This document shows positions 18,813 through 27,910 of a stretch of DNA of 64,000 nucleotides, in pieces. Below the pieces are notes generated by a model. It was not told the origin of the DNA. It searched no databases and saw only the letters and a list, made by a program, of their open reading frames with translations. How positions within the stretch are numbered: position 1 is the stretch's first letter; each line of letters starts with the position of its first letter. Source of the DNA: Bdellovibrionales bacterium. GTDB taxonomy: Bacteria > Bdellovibrionota > Bdellovibrionia > Bdellovibrionales > DASUEL01. The position numbers and the translations under genes were made by a program. The stretch covers positions 1-64,000 of the forward strand of contig JBFWOZ010000008.1 in the NCBI GenBank assembly GCA_050250255.1, read 5' to 3'.

Positions 18813-19412
18813 ATGCCAAGAAAAAAGCTTATATATACTCATGAATTTCCCTACCACGTGAGCGCAAGGTCCAATAACAAAGAATGGTTCTACCTACCAA
18901 AAGAAAAGGTTTGGGAAATATTTATTACCGAACTTAATTACATCTCAGTCAAATACAAGGTACTGATTCATGCTTTTGTGCTGATGGACAATCATTATCA
19001 CTTATTACTCACTACATATCCCAATTGTGATTTAGGGAAAGTTCTATGTGAACTGCAAAAATCCGTAAGTCGGAAAATCAATTTCTATGCGGGTAGAATT
19101 AATCATGTTTTTGGTGGCCCCACCAAACCTTCCCTCATCGTTACGCCAGAGTCTTATCAACGAGTTTTAAAATATATTTATAGAAATCCTGTAACCGCAA
19201 ATTTAACCACACATGTAGAGCACTATAAATACTCGAGCTTAAACAGCGACCGCTTTGGATTATCAAGTCCTATAGGATCTATTGCACGCATGGTTCCGCA
19301 AGAAGGTCTAAATGAATGGCTTAATCAAGCCGAGTCTCCAGACGACTACGAAGCCACAAAACATGGATTAAAGAGAACCACCTTTAAACCTAGAATTTTA
19401 AGGAAATACTAA
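18813..19412 (+). CDS. REP-associated tyrosine (Y1/HUH) transposase, RAYT
   Basis: MPRK..YHVSARSNN, AFVLMDNHYHLL (HUH), YIYRNPV (catalytic Tyr), YKYSS. Confidence 0.9.
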   Translation: MPRKKLIYTHEFPYHVSARSNNKEWFYLPKEKVWEIFITELNYISVKYKVLIHAFVLMDNHYHLLLTTYPNCDLGKVLCELQKSVSRKINFYAGRINHVFGGPTKPSLIVTPESYQRVLKYIYRNPVTANLTTHVEHYKYSSLNSDRFGLSSPIGSIARMVPQEGLNEWLNQAESPDDYEATKHGLKRTTFKPRILRKY

Positions 19413-19477
19413 CGCTTGTAGTCCCAAAAGTGTGTCCGTACCTTGACACCCCCAGGAACTTGCGATTTCTCATCAGC

Positions 19478-20977
19478 ATGAGTCATCTCACATCTCCCCT
19501 TCATTATAAGAAGATCGAAAAGATCTATGCCGATCGTGAGAAGGATTTGATCCTATTCAGCCAAGCTTCGCTGAGCCCGCTATTTGGGCTAAACCGCATC
19601 GGTGTTCATCATGTCACCCTATCGCCGGGATATCGCCTCTCTTATCCTCATGCCGAAAGTCACGAAGAAGAATTTGTGTACGTAATTGAAGGTGAAATAC
19701 ATGCATGGATCAATGGTTTCATTTATGAAATGAAACCTGGTTGGGCCCTTGGCTTTCCAGCCGGCACTGGTATTGCGCACACCTTTATCAACAATTCACA
19801 AAAAGATGTACGCCTCTTGGTTGTTGGTGAAAGAACAAAAAAAGAAAATCTTTGTTCTTATCCCTTGAATCCAGAGATGAAAGAAAAGAGTGAGATTTGG
19901 TGGGACGATTATCCTCCGCAAAAATTGGGACCACATAACGGGCTCCCCGGTCCTTTTGATTCTTCTATGATCAAAAAAGAAGTTCCTACTTTTGCGGCTT
20001 ATGTCCCTGATCTCGCCCCCACTCCACCTTTTCACTACCCAGGAGATAACGAAACATTTGCGACAAGTACACGACTTACAGATGTCCTGGGATTAAAAAC
20101 TTTGGGTATTGGACTTGATGTCATATCCCCAGGAAGGCGCAGCTGTTATCCCCATGCCCATACTCACGAGGAAGAGTTTGCTTTTGTACTCGAAGGAAAA
20201 GCGAAGGTGTGGCTTAACGGAGAAGTGAAAGAGATGTCGTCTGGCGAAGGGCTCGCGTTTCTTCCAGGAAGTGGAATCTCCCATTGTTTGATTAACGACA
20301 GCGCAGAGCCTATTACATTTATGGGAATTGGTGAGAATAGACAATTTCCTGATGAGGAACTCATTTACCCACTGCACCCTCTTCGAAATAAAGAAGGTCA
20401 AAGAAAAAATTGGTATTGGAATGAGGCCGAGAAGTTCCCCATAGGCCCACACAATGGAAAACCGGAAAAGCCAATTCCTGAACATTTAAAATTAAGACTT
20501 TGCTCTGAGCAAGATGCAGAAGAGGTTTTTAAAATTTTAGAAACGTCTCCGGAATACTCTTTAAAAGTGGACGGTTGCCTTCCTACGCTGAAAATAGCGA
20601 AAGAAGCTATTTCAAGTGGCCCAAAAAAGAGAAGCGAAACGTATTTCAAAGAGTTTTTAATCATCGAATACAATGAAAAGCCTATCGGCGTGGTGGACCT
20701 CTATGCCAATCACCCAGAAAAAGGTTTTACCTATTTAGGCCTTCTCCTCATTGGGGAACATCTCTTTGGACAAGGCTTAGGAGGAAAATGTTTTGGTTTG
20801 GTGTCAGACTATGTCAAACGCTCTTTTCAAACCAAAACGATTCGCCTAGGAGTTTCCGACGACCATGATGTCTCAGGCTTTTGGAAGAAGATGGGCTTTC
20901 AACCCAACGGCAGAACTTATTCCTGGCAAGGCGAGACAAAAACATCGAATGTGATTGAATACAATAAAGATCTTTAA
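19478..20977 (+). CDS. Tandem cupin-cupin-GNAT fusion protein
   Basis: Two repeats YPHAESHEEEFVYVIEG...GIAH and YPHAHTHEEEFAFVLEG...GISH; C-terminal GNAT with YLGLLLI..GQGLG..FWKKMGF. Confidence 0.85.
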   Translation: MSHLTSPLHYKKIEKIYADREKDLILFSQASLSPLFGLNRIGVHHVTLSPGYRLSYPHAESHEEEFVYVIEGEIHAWINGFIYEMKPGWALGFPAGTGIAHTFINNSQKDVRLLVVGERTKKENLCSYPLNPEMKEKSEIWWDDYPPQKLGPHNGLPGPFDSSMIKKEVPTFAAYVPDLAPTPPFHYPGDNETFATSTRLTDVLGLKTLGIGLDVISPGRRSCYPHAHTHEEEFAFVLEGKAKVWLNGEVKEMSSGEGLAFLPGSGISHCLINDSAEPITFMGIGENRQFPDEELIYPLHPLRNKEGQRKNWYWNEAEKFPIGPHNGKPEKPIPEHLKLRLCSEQDAEEVFKILETSPEYSLKVDGCLPTLKIAKEAISSGPKKRSETYFKEFLIIEYNEKPIGVVDLYANHPEKGFTYLGLLLIGEHLFGQGLGGKCFGLVSDYVKRSFQTKTIRLGVSDDHDVSGFWKKMGFQPNGRTYSWQGETKTSNVIEYNKDL

Positions 20978-20992
20978 AAGATCCTTCCACTT

Positions 20993-21553
20993 CTATTCAC
21001 GTACTAGCCAAAAGACACCTGAGTCGCTTTTTCCACGCCCCCAACCTTTGCAATTTCTTTCAGACGGTCGAGAGACCATTCGTCGCACAATTTTTCCATT
21101 CTCCGACACTTGCTTAACAAAAAACCGATTACAACTACGTGTCGCAAACCAATGCACAGCATATTCACCGGAAGTGAGGCGAAATACCTCTCCATGCCTC
21201 CTCGCTTTCTGATCTACAGAAAAGGAACCTGCATAGCGTCCAGGTCCACAAAAATCAGATTCATACTGAACCTCACACATCTCGATCTGAATGGCTCCCC
21301 TCAACGACCCAGACCTCTGTGTCGTTCCACGTGCCACATAGTTGATATTGGTACAACCAAGATCTAAACATTCTCCACCACGACTTCCTTCTTGAAATGG
21401 TTTTTGAATATCTATGACACCTCCGCGACCACCCTGCATACGCACGATGTATTCTTCCTCTGTGATAAACTCACTTTCTTCTTGTGTCCAGCCAACGCTG
21501 CCTACGAGAAGGATTAGAGCAAAGACCATGTTTTTCTTTTTCGAGAGTTTCAT
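20993..21553 (-). CDS. Secreted hypothetical protein, coupled to the upstream TIGR02147 gene
   Basis: MKLSKKKNMVFALILLVGSVGW signal; 6 Cys; RBS lies inside the upstream gene end; 1-nt gap. Confidence 0.7.
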   Translation of the reverse strand: MKLSKKKNMVFALILLVGSVGWTQEESEFITEEEYIVRMQGGRGGVIDIQKPFQEGSRGGECLDLGCTNINYVARGTTQRSGSLRGAIQIEMCEVQYESDFCGPGRYAGSFSVDQKARRHGEVFRLTSGEYAVHWFATRSCNRFFVKQVSENGKIVRRMVSRPSERNCKGWGRGKSDSGVFWLVRE

Positions 21554-21554
21554 T

Positions 21555-22370
21555 TTATTCCCTTTCTTTTGTAAGATTAAAAACCTGTACGGATGCACAG
21601 TAGACATTTTTTTTATTTTTTGAACGTTTGGAGAGCGCTACCATTTTCTTAAAAAAGGATTCCATAATTTGCGACGCCTCTTGAAGTTGATCTTGAGAAA
21701 TCGTGAGCATTTCTGTTCCAATTAACTTTTCTTGAGGTGTTTGCGTTTCAATACTATCCATCGCTAGCTCTAGAAGCTGACGATGGTACTTTCGAATCGC
21801 TGTATCTTTTGAGTTGGATTGGATGATCAAATCACCTTGAACGCGCCTGAAAATTTTAGGATTTTTTTCATCTTGCTCCAGGAGTTCCAATTGTATAAGT
21901 CGATTGATCGCAGCCTGAACTTCAAATTTACTGAGCTTGAGCCTTTTAGAAATCGCATTGACGTTGAAATCAAAACCGCGAAGCTCTGTCATCATCAAAA
22001 TACAATAGTGATACCAATCCGAGATGATTTTAAAATGTTCAAGACTTAAATCTTTCACATCTGTCTTAGGGCTAAAATGATTGAGCTGCTCAATAAGACG
22101 TTCCTTGAGTTCGAAACTCTTAGCACCCTCCAGTTGCACTAGAAGGTAAAAATAAGCCGTGTTCGTCTCATCCAATCCCAGCTTGTTCGCGACATGTATG
22201 CTTAACTCAGAAGATAGATTTTTCTTTGCAGAAAGAACTTCGGAGAGGGTGGCTGGCGAAACGCCCAAGTGTTTGGCAAAAGCGCGCAGAGAGTAGGAAC
22301 GGTTTTTAGTGATCCGTTCTGCCAGGACGGCTTTTAAATAATTTCTGTAACTTGTATGCGCTAAAATCAT
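21555..22370 (-). CDS. TIGR02147 family protein (XRE-like HTH + DUF4423)
   Basis: NRSYSLRAFAKHLGVSPATLSEVL, FKIISDWYHYCIL, IRKYHRQLL, VYCASVQVFNLT. Confidence 0.88.
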   Translation of the reverse strand: MILAHTSYRNYLKAVLAERITKNRSYSLRAFAKHLGVSPATLSEVLSAKKNLSSELSIHVANKLGLDETNTAYFYLLVQLEGAKSFELKERLIEQLNHFSPKTDVKDLSLEHFKIISDWYHYCILMMTELRGFDFNVNAISKRLKLSKFEVQAAINRLIQLELLEQDEKNPKIFRRVQGDLIIQSNSKDTAIRKYHRQLLELAMDSIETQTPQEKLIGTEMLTISQDQLQEASQIMESFFKKMVALSKRSKNKKNVYCASVQVFNLTKERE

Positions 22371-22415
22371 TACGGACTACTTAGTACAAATAGTCCGCAC
22401 AAGCTACTGACGAGC

Positions 22416-22448
22416 GAACATTGTGTTCTTTAATAGCGAACAGTCTGT
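22416..22448. promoter_or_regulatory. Candidate operator upstream of TIGR02147 #1
   Basis: GAACA-TTG-TGTTC (22416-22428) and a second ACA-N3-TGT site GAACA-GTC-TGT 22 bp away. Confidence 0.5.
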
Positions 22449-22481
22449 AAAAAGGAAAAGCTTGTCGAAGAACTTCTCTCC

Positions 22482-22940
22482 TTATGGCGTAATTTTCCCC
22501 TGAGCCACACCTTCAAAGGCCAATGACCACTGACATCCAAGGTCCGTCGGAAAACAGCGGTAAAGCCCAGAGGCCCCCTCGTAAACAGAGGGTTGCGTGG
22601 GAAACTGAGGTATTTCAAAATGAAAAACATGAGCCGTCTTCCGGTCTAAATACGCTAAGGCTCGCATTTTCCATTTATTACTTTTACGCTCCCAAGTTAT
22701 TTTCAGTGTCTGTGCATACTCCTCACTTTTCTCTGGACCTTTTTCAAGGACATCCACAATTCCCTGATAAACCAGTTCATCGGCTTGCGCCCGCTCCAAG
22801 CTTAAAGAGCCTTTAAACTGAAAAACAATTTTTAACCTTGAGAAGTTCGATTGACCTTCGAAATGAATGGTTCTCGGAGCAGACTGAGCCAAGGTAAAGT
22901 AAAAAGAAATGAACGAGAAAAATAGAATTTTAAGCTTCAT
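22482..22940 (-). CDS. Secreted hypothetical protein
   Basis: Signal peptide MKLKILFFSFISFYFTLAQS; AAGGGG RBS. Confidence 0.7.
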   Translation of the reverse strand: MKLKILFFSFISFYFTLAQSAPRTIHFEGQSNFSRLKIVFQFKGSLSLERAQADELVYQGIVDVLEKGPEKSEEYAQTLKITWERKSNKWKMRALAYLDRKTAHVFHFEIPQFPTQPSVYEGASGLYRCFPTDLGCQWSLAFEGVAQGKITP

Positions 22941-23044
22941 ACGTCCCCCTTAATGAATTCACAGGCTAGGTGGTCTACTTTATAGCTGTCAATAGAATGA
23001 ACCCTACCCATCATTAAAAGTGTTCCTGAATCGTAAACACCCTT

Positions 23045-23260
23045 ATGGGAAGTGTTCTGAAAAAGTCTGAGGTGACTCAAGAGAAAAAAACCGACATTTT
23101 TCAAAAAACAGGACACGTGATTCAAGAAACGACCAATCAGGTTTCGCAAACGCTTTCCGAAACCAGAGCTCTTCGTGGTGGGGCTAACTATTATCTTCTC
23201 GCCAGCTACTCTCTTATTGATTTGATTATCCCCATTAAATGCGGGGGATGGCCCACGTAA
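23045..23260 (+). pseudogene. Probable fragment of a truncated gene
   Basis: Natural-looking protein ending YSLIDLIIP, then running into the convergent gene (overlap 23235-23260). Confidence 0.35.
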
Positions 23261-23822
23261 GATAGCTAAGCCCCATCATTCCATGAAGCCAAGTGAAGAC
23301 GACACCCTGATGTGTTGGTTCATCGAGAGCACCACTCACAACTCCGTAAGGATACCAATAGTCGGCAAATACCTTTAGGCCAAGGTGACGCGCATACTTC
23401 CAATTCAAAATGTTATTAAAATCCCACTGGTCCGGGTGTTGGTATTGAAGTAGTTGCGAGAATCGTTCAAATATTTGTGGGATTTCTAAAAAAGTGATCG
23501 TAAGAAGAAATAAGAAAATGTTCTTTGTATCTTGCCTGCGGAGCTCTTCGTCGGGGAATTTATATTTTTTCAAAAGGCCATAGCCGTAACCCGCAAAAGC
23601 CCATAGAAGGACGATCAACGCAAAATAGAAAATCTCTGAACGTTTAGGGTAATGAGTGTAGCCCGTCACATACACACGACGTATTTCAAAAAGTGGAATT
23701 AGAAGAAGCGCGTAAAAGAGAAGGGCTTTGGTGTTAAATTCTGGCAGCTGCAAGAAGACCGATAAGGCCACGTGCGCAAGAACGAGAATCCCCACTACCA
23801 GAGTCAAACGTGAACGATTCAT
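23235..23822 (-). CDS. Multi-pass membrane protein, probably C-terminally truncated (GT-C-like)
   Basis: Several hydrophobic helices plus FADYWYPYG loop; ends abruptly; next to glycan genes. Confidence 0.55.
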   Translation of the reverse strand: MNRSRLTLVVGILVLAHVALSVFLQLPEFNTKALLFYALLLIPLFEIRRVYVTGYTHYPKRSEIFYFALIVLLWAFAGYGYGLLKKYKFPDEELRRQDTKNIFLFLLTITFLEIPQIFERFSQLLQYQHPDQWDFNNILNWKYARHLGLKVFADYWYPYGVVSGALDEPTHQGVVFTWLHGMMGLSYLTWAIPRI

Positions 23823-23879
23823 TTTGCATTCACCCACTTTCCTGCTAAACCATTACTATAACCTGAAGCGGTAAAAAAT

Positions 23880-24767
23880 ATGGAATTAAATCATTCAAAC
23901 GTCTGCACAGTTTGTCAAAAAACTCATAAAAAAATCTTCAACTATCAAGGTTATGAGTATTTCCGCTGCGACGAGTGTCTCCATGTAACGACTCTTCCCT
24001 ACCCGACCTCTCAAGCCATCAACGAACACTATGCCAAACAGTTTCAATCTGGAAACTACAACATCGCTCATAAAAATAAGGCCGGTCGCACGGCTCCTTT
24101 TCAACAATATATTTCTTTATTGAATGAGTGGTTTTCTCAAAACTCTCAAGAGAGCTTGAAAAATAAACGAGTGCTCGATATTGGCTGTTTCACTGGTGAA
24201 CTTCTCATCGAATTGGAAAAAGCGGGTGCCCAAGTCACAGGCATTGAACTTCAGACAGAAGCCGCAAAGATTGCACAAGACCAAGTGTCAGGTAAAGTCT
24301 TTAACTCATCTATCTTTGATGTGGATCTTGAATCAGGATCTTTTGATGTGGTGGTTCTCTCGGGCGTGATCGAACACGTCACCGATCCAGGAACACTCAT
24401 AAAAAAATCTGTGGAATTTTTGAAGCCTAATGGCCTACTTTTAATCCAAACACCTAACAGCGAATCATGGCTTGCGAAAACGTTTGGAAAATACTGGCCA
24501 CCTTACCAACCGGTAGAGCATATCCATCTCTTTAGTCACGAAAGCCTTCAGCGCATCATGAAGCAGCATGGCTGTACAGAAGTCCATTTTCAAAATCACT
24601 GGAAAAAACTTCCGATCGAATACGTCTACAATATGTTCGCAACGTTTGGACCTGAGTTTCATAAGCTCTTAACACCCGCCTACAACGTGTGCCCAAGCTT
24701 TATCCGTAAACGCTCTCTCCCCTTTTACGGCGGCGAGATGCTCACGCTTTATCAGCGATCAACGTAA
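23880..24767 (+). CDS. Class I SAM-dependent methyltransferase with N-terminal Zn ribbon (glycan-cluster type)
   Basis: CTVC...CDEC, VLDIGCFTG, FDVVVLSGVIEHV, LKPNG, QTPN. Confidence 0.9.
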   Translation: MELNHSNVCTVCQKTHKKIFNYQGYEYFRCDECLHVTTLPYPTSQAINEHYAKQFQSGNYNIAHKNKAGRTAPFQQYISLLNEWFSQNSQESLKNKRVLDIGCFTGELLIELEKAGAQVTGIELQTEAAKIAQDQVSGKVFNSSIFDVDLESGSFDVVVLSGVIEHVTDPGTLIKKSVEFLKPNGLLLIQTPNSESWLAKTFGKYWPPYQPVEHIHLFSHESLQRIMKQHGCTEVHFQNHWKKLPIEYVYNMFATFGPEFHKLLTPAYNVCPSFIRKRSLPFYGGEMLTLYQRST

Positions 24768-25820
24768 AAATTCGCCACTATCGCCCGATTGTTGATTCAT
24801 CAAAAGCTTATTATCGAATAGGTATTTATAAAGTGTTGGCTGATCCATCAGATCATCTTTTGAGCTGTATTCACCATCCAGAACCGCAGTTTTATTCTCT
24901 TTTACAAGCTCCGGCAGCATTGGCTGAATGGCGTAGTGATCTTTTGAGAGATAGGTACGGTTGGCTTCTTCGTCAGAAACCATAATTTCGTGAGTCTTTT
25001 CTCCTGGGCGAATGCCCGTCACCTCAACACTGATTTTACGATCTTCGATGAGCGCTTTTGCAAGCGTCATCATGCTTGTTGCTGGCACTTTTGGAACGAA
25101 AGTCTCTCCCGGCTTTGCACGCTCAATGGCACTTAAAACCGTATCGACCGCGCGATCAAGCGGGAGTAAAAATCTCGTCATTTGCTCGGTCGTGACAGTG
25201 ACAGGACCGCCGTTTTTAATTTGTTCATGAAAGAGCGGGATGACCGAGCCGCGACTGGCAAGAACATTTCCGTATCTCACGCAGACAAAACGAGTTTTCG
25301 GAAAGGTGACGTTAGCTGCGATAAAAATACGCTCTTGCATCGCCTTGCTCATTCCCATCACGTTCACGGGCTTACAAGCTTTATCCGTAGAGACCCCTAC
25401 GACCACTTCCACAGGAAAATTATGTTCGCGAACCCCGCGCACGATGTTTTCAGCACCGATAACGTTCGTACTAAAGGCCTCAAAAGGAAAATATTCGCAA
25501 GACGGTACTTGTTTGAGAGCTGCCGCGTTCACCACGATATCGGCTGTTCTTAACACGTTCACGACCGATGCGTAGTCGCGAACATCGCCAATACGAAATT
25601 CTAAAGTTTTACTGAAGTTGTGATAGATCACTTCTTCTGTGGGATTTTTCTTTTGAAGATACTCAAGACGCATGAAGTGTTGCTTTGCTTCATCGCGAGA
25701 AAAAATAATGAGTTTTTTCGGTGTTCCGCATTCGCCTGATAAAATCCGACGGGTTAACACTTTCCCGAGAGACCCTGTGCCTCCGGTGATAACGATTGTT
25801 TTGTTAGAAAATAAATCCAT
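24759..25820 (-). CDS. UDP-GlcNAc 4,6-dehydratase/5-epimerase (FnlA/WbjB/CapE-like)
   Basis: ITGGTGSLG, FSRDEAKQ, AAALKQVPSCE, STDKA..PVNVMGMSK, RYGNVLASRGSVIP, GIRPGEK. Confidence 0.9.
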   Translation of the reverse strand: MDLFSNKTIVITGGTGSLGKVLTRRILSGECGTPKKLIIFSRDEAKQHFMRLEYLQKKNPTEEVIYHNFSKTLEFRIGDVRDYASVVNVLRTADIVVNAAALKQVPSCEYFPFEAFSTNVIGAENIVRGVREHNFPVEVVVGVSTDKACKPVNVMGMSKAMQERIFIAANVTFPKTRFVCVRYGNVLASRGSVIPLFHEQIKNGGPVTVTTEQMTRFLLPLDRAVDTVLSAIERAKPGETFVPKVPATSMMTLAKALIEDRKISVEVTGIRPGEKTHEIMVSDEEANRTYLSKDHYAIQPMLPELVKENKTAVLDGEYSSKDDLMDQPTLYKYLFDNKLLMNQQSGDSGEFLR

Positions 25821-25827
25821 ACACCCT

Positions 25828-26685
25828 CTACTTCTTATAAAGTGAAGAATTGATATAGTACTCGTGCATTTTTTGAATCATCACATCCCACGACTCCGGC
25901 TTATACCCTGTCTGTGCTTGAAACTTTTCCGAGTTCAAACCGCGATTGAGTTTTGCTACGTCGTTGGGAATGATTTCAATTTTTTTACCATAAACATGAG
26001 CCACTTTTTTTAAGAGATCATATTTTGAAATTTCAAAACTCGAAAGATGATAAATACCCATAAGATGGCTCTTCAGAATGTGATGTCTTAAGATTTCCGA
26101 GACAATGATTGTCGGAAGCCCGCTGTATAGCACTTGGCGAAAGCCCGTGCAGCTCTCTTCTTGTTTTAAAAACCATTCGAGAAGATGGTGAGAAGTTCCC
26201 AGCTCGTGGCCGATAATAGAAAGTCGGAGGTTCAAGGCATGGTCCCCCTCCACTTCACCCAACAACTTCGTTAACCCATTGAGATCACGTCCATCAGGAA
26301 TATCATCTTCTTTACGATCGTTGCGATTGCCCGAAAATACACCGTCAGAACTAAAATGAATCAAACGAGTTTTATGTTTCAAACACAAATCCGAAAGCTT
26401 GTGAGGCCAGAGCGAATTCGCTTCGATGAATTGGTCTTTGTGGGTCTGCTCACTACGACGAATCAGGCTAATGCAATTCATCACTACGTCCGGTCGAAGT
26501 TTCAAAATCGTCTGATCCACTTTTTCGAGCTGCTCAGGCTTTAATCCCTCAATGCTGATACCGCCGATAAGCTTTGGATCTTGGCTCGCAGAACGAACTG
26601 TGCCGTAGACCTCAAAGTCACGGCCAAGATCATGAAACAATGTGTGCCCGAGCATGCCGCTCGCACCAAAAATCAATATCTTCAA
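25828..26685 (-). CDS. RmlD-like NDP-4-keto-6-deoxy sugar reductase (QnlA/WbvR-like)
   Basis: GASGMLG, IHFSSDGVFSG, TKLLGE, SIIGHEL...LLEWFL. Confidence 0.85.
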   Translation of the reverse strand: MKILIFGASGMLGHTLFHDLGRDFEVYGTVRSASQDPKLIGGISIEGLKPEQLEKVDQTILKLRPDVVMNCISLIRRSEQTHKDQFIEANSLWPHKLSDLCLKHKTRLIHFSSDGVFSGNRNDRKEDDIPDGRDLNGLTKLLGEVEGDHALNLRLSIIGHELGTSHHLLEWFLKQEESCTGFRQVLYSGLPTIIVSEILRHHILKSHLMGIYHLSSFEISKYDLLKKVAHVYGKKIEIIPNDVAKLNRGLNSEKFQAQTGYKPESWDVMIQKMHEYYINSSLYKK

Positions 26686-26696
26686 AACTCAAATCC

Positions 26697-27779
26697 TTAG
26701 AAAAAATTTGTGATGTTAGATCTCACGGCATTCACAATCACATTCGACGGCTTAAAGTCCTTACAGAGGTCAAATCTCGCACACCAAGTTTGTCGCGTGA
26801 TGGTTTCTACCGATTCAACGAGGGAACGTGGGTCAGTACCCGCCACGATGTGCGCTCCCGCCTCAAGAGTTTCGTATCGTTCTGTTGTTTTACGTACACT
26901 CACCACTGGTTTTTTAAAATAAATGCCTTCTTCAGGCGTTGAGCCCGAATCTCCGATGAGGCAAAAGGCATGTTTGTTCAAACAATTGAAGTCGTAAAAA
27001 CCAAGTGGCGCGTGAATTGTGATTCCTTTAGGGACTTGCACTTGATGAATTTTGCTCTGAGTTCGTGGATGCATGAGATAAATCACTTTTTTGCCGTACT
27101 TCTCGTAGAGCGCGCCAAGACCATTGAGAATTTTCTGTAATTCTTCTGGGTTGTCGACATTTTCTCTACGGTGAATCGTCACGCTGAAATATTCACCGGG
27201 CTTCACATCGAAATATTTAAGTATTTCACTTTTATCAATTTCGTTTTCGAAGGCTTCCATGACTTCAAAAACGGGATTCCCGGTACAAATAATTTTGGAA
27301 GGGTGGATGTTCTCGCGAACCAAATTTTCTCGGTGATACGGATAGTATGGGAGAAGAATATCCGACATATGATCAATCAGAACGCGATTTCTCTGCTCAG
27401 GCATTCTCTTATCGAACGCACGAAGACCTGCTTCAAGGTGGAAAATCTTAATCCCACGATTGGCCGCCGGCAAAACCGAAAGTCCGCTAAAAGTATCTCC
27501 AAGGATCAATAGAGCATCGGGCTTTACCTTCTCAAAAAGTTCATCGGATTTTCTCACGACATCAGCCACTTCTTTACCGTAAGATGTCACATCAATTCCC
27601 AAATAATGATCGGGTTCACGCAGTTTTAAATCGCGAAAGAAAAAGTCCTTCAGTTCTTTTGTATAATTTTGCCCGGTATGCACAAAAATATGTTCAAAGT
27701 TCGACTCTTCAAGAAGCTTCATTGTGGACCACATCTTGATCATTTCAGGACGCGTGCCCATGATGGACATGACTTTCAT
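26697..27779 (-). CDS. Non-hydrolysing UDP-N-acetylhexosamine 2-epimerase (WbjD/FnlC/QnlB-like)
   Basis: GTRPEMIK, HTGQNY, LGDT, HLEAGLR..D.RMPE.RNR, HRRENVD, DSG, TER. Confidence 0.92.
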   Translation of the reverse strand: MKVMSIMGTRPEMIKMWSTMKLLEESNFEHIFVHTGQNYTKELKDFFFRDLKLREPDHYLGIDVTSYGKEVADVVRKSDELFEKVKPDALLILGDTFSGLSVLPAANRGIKIFHLEAGLRAFDKRMPEQRNRVLIDHMSDILLPYYPYHRENLVRENIHPSKIICTGNPVFEVMEAFENEIDKSEILKYFDVKPGEYFSVTIHRRENVDNPEELQKILNGLGALYEKYGKKVIYLMHPRTQSKIHQVQVPKGITIHAPLGFYDFNCLNKHAFCLIGDSGSTPEEGIYFKKPVVSVRKTTERYETLEAGAHIVAGTDPRSLVESVETITRQTWCARFDLCKDFKPSNVIVNAVRSNITNFF

Positions 27780-27910
27780 TTCTTAATTCTCCCTATAACC
27801 AACTTTTATGGTCGTTCTTGCGAGAAGACCATGCGTAATACCTTGCGTTATCCCTATGAAACTTCCTTCCTTTCTCCTCGCATGGAAGTACAGCTCAAGC
27901 TTGCAAAGAT

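Larger units (their letters stand above)
18737..19443 (+). mobile_element. RAYT locus (REPtron-like) bounded by perfect 25-bp inverted repeats
   Basis: AGGTACGGACACACTTTTGGGACTA (18737-18761) and its exact reverse complement (19419-19443); no target duplication seen. Confidence 0.8.

Noticed and set aside
22373..22397. CGGACTA-N11-TAGTCCG inverted repeat just upstream of TIGR02147 #1
   Set aside because: It has no counterpart at the second TIGR02147 locus, so it was not counted as part of the shared operator pattern.
27780..27910. Possible glycosyltransferase C-terminal remnant upstream of the 2-epimerase (minus frame ...GITQGITHGLL...)
   Set aside because: Too short and too weakly similar to support without a search.
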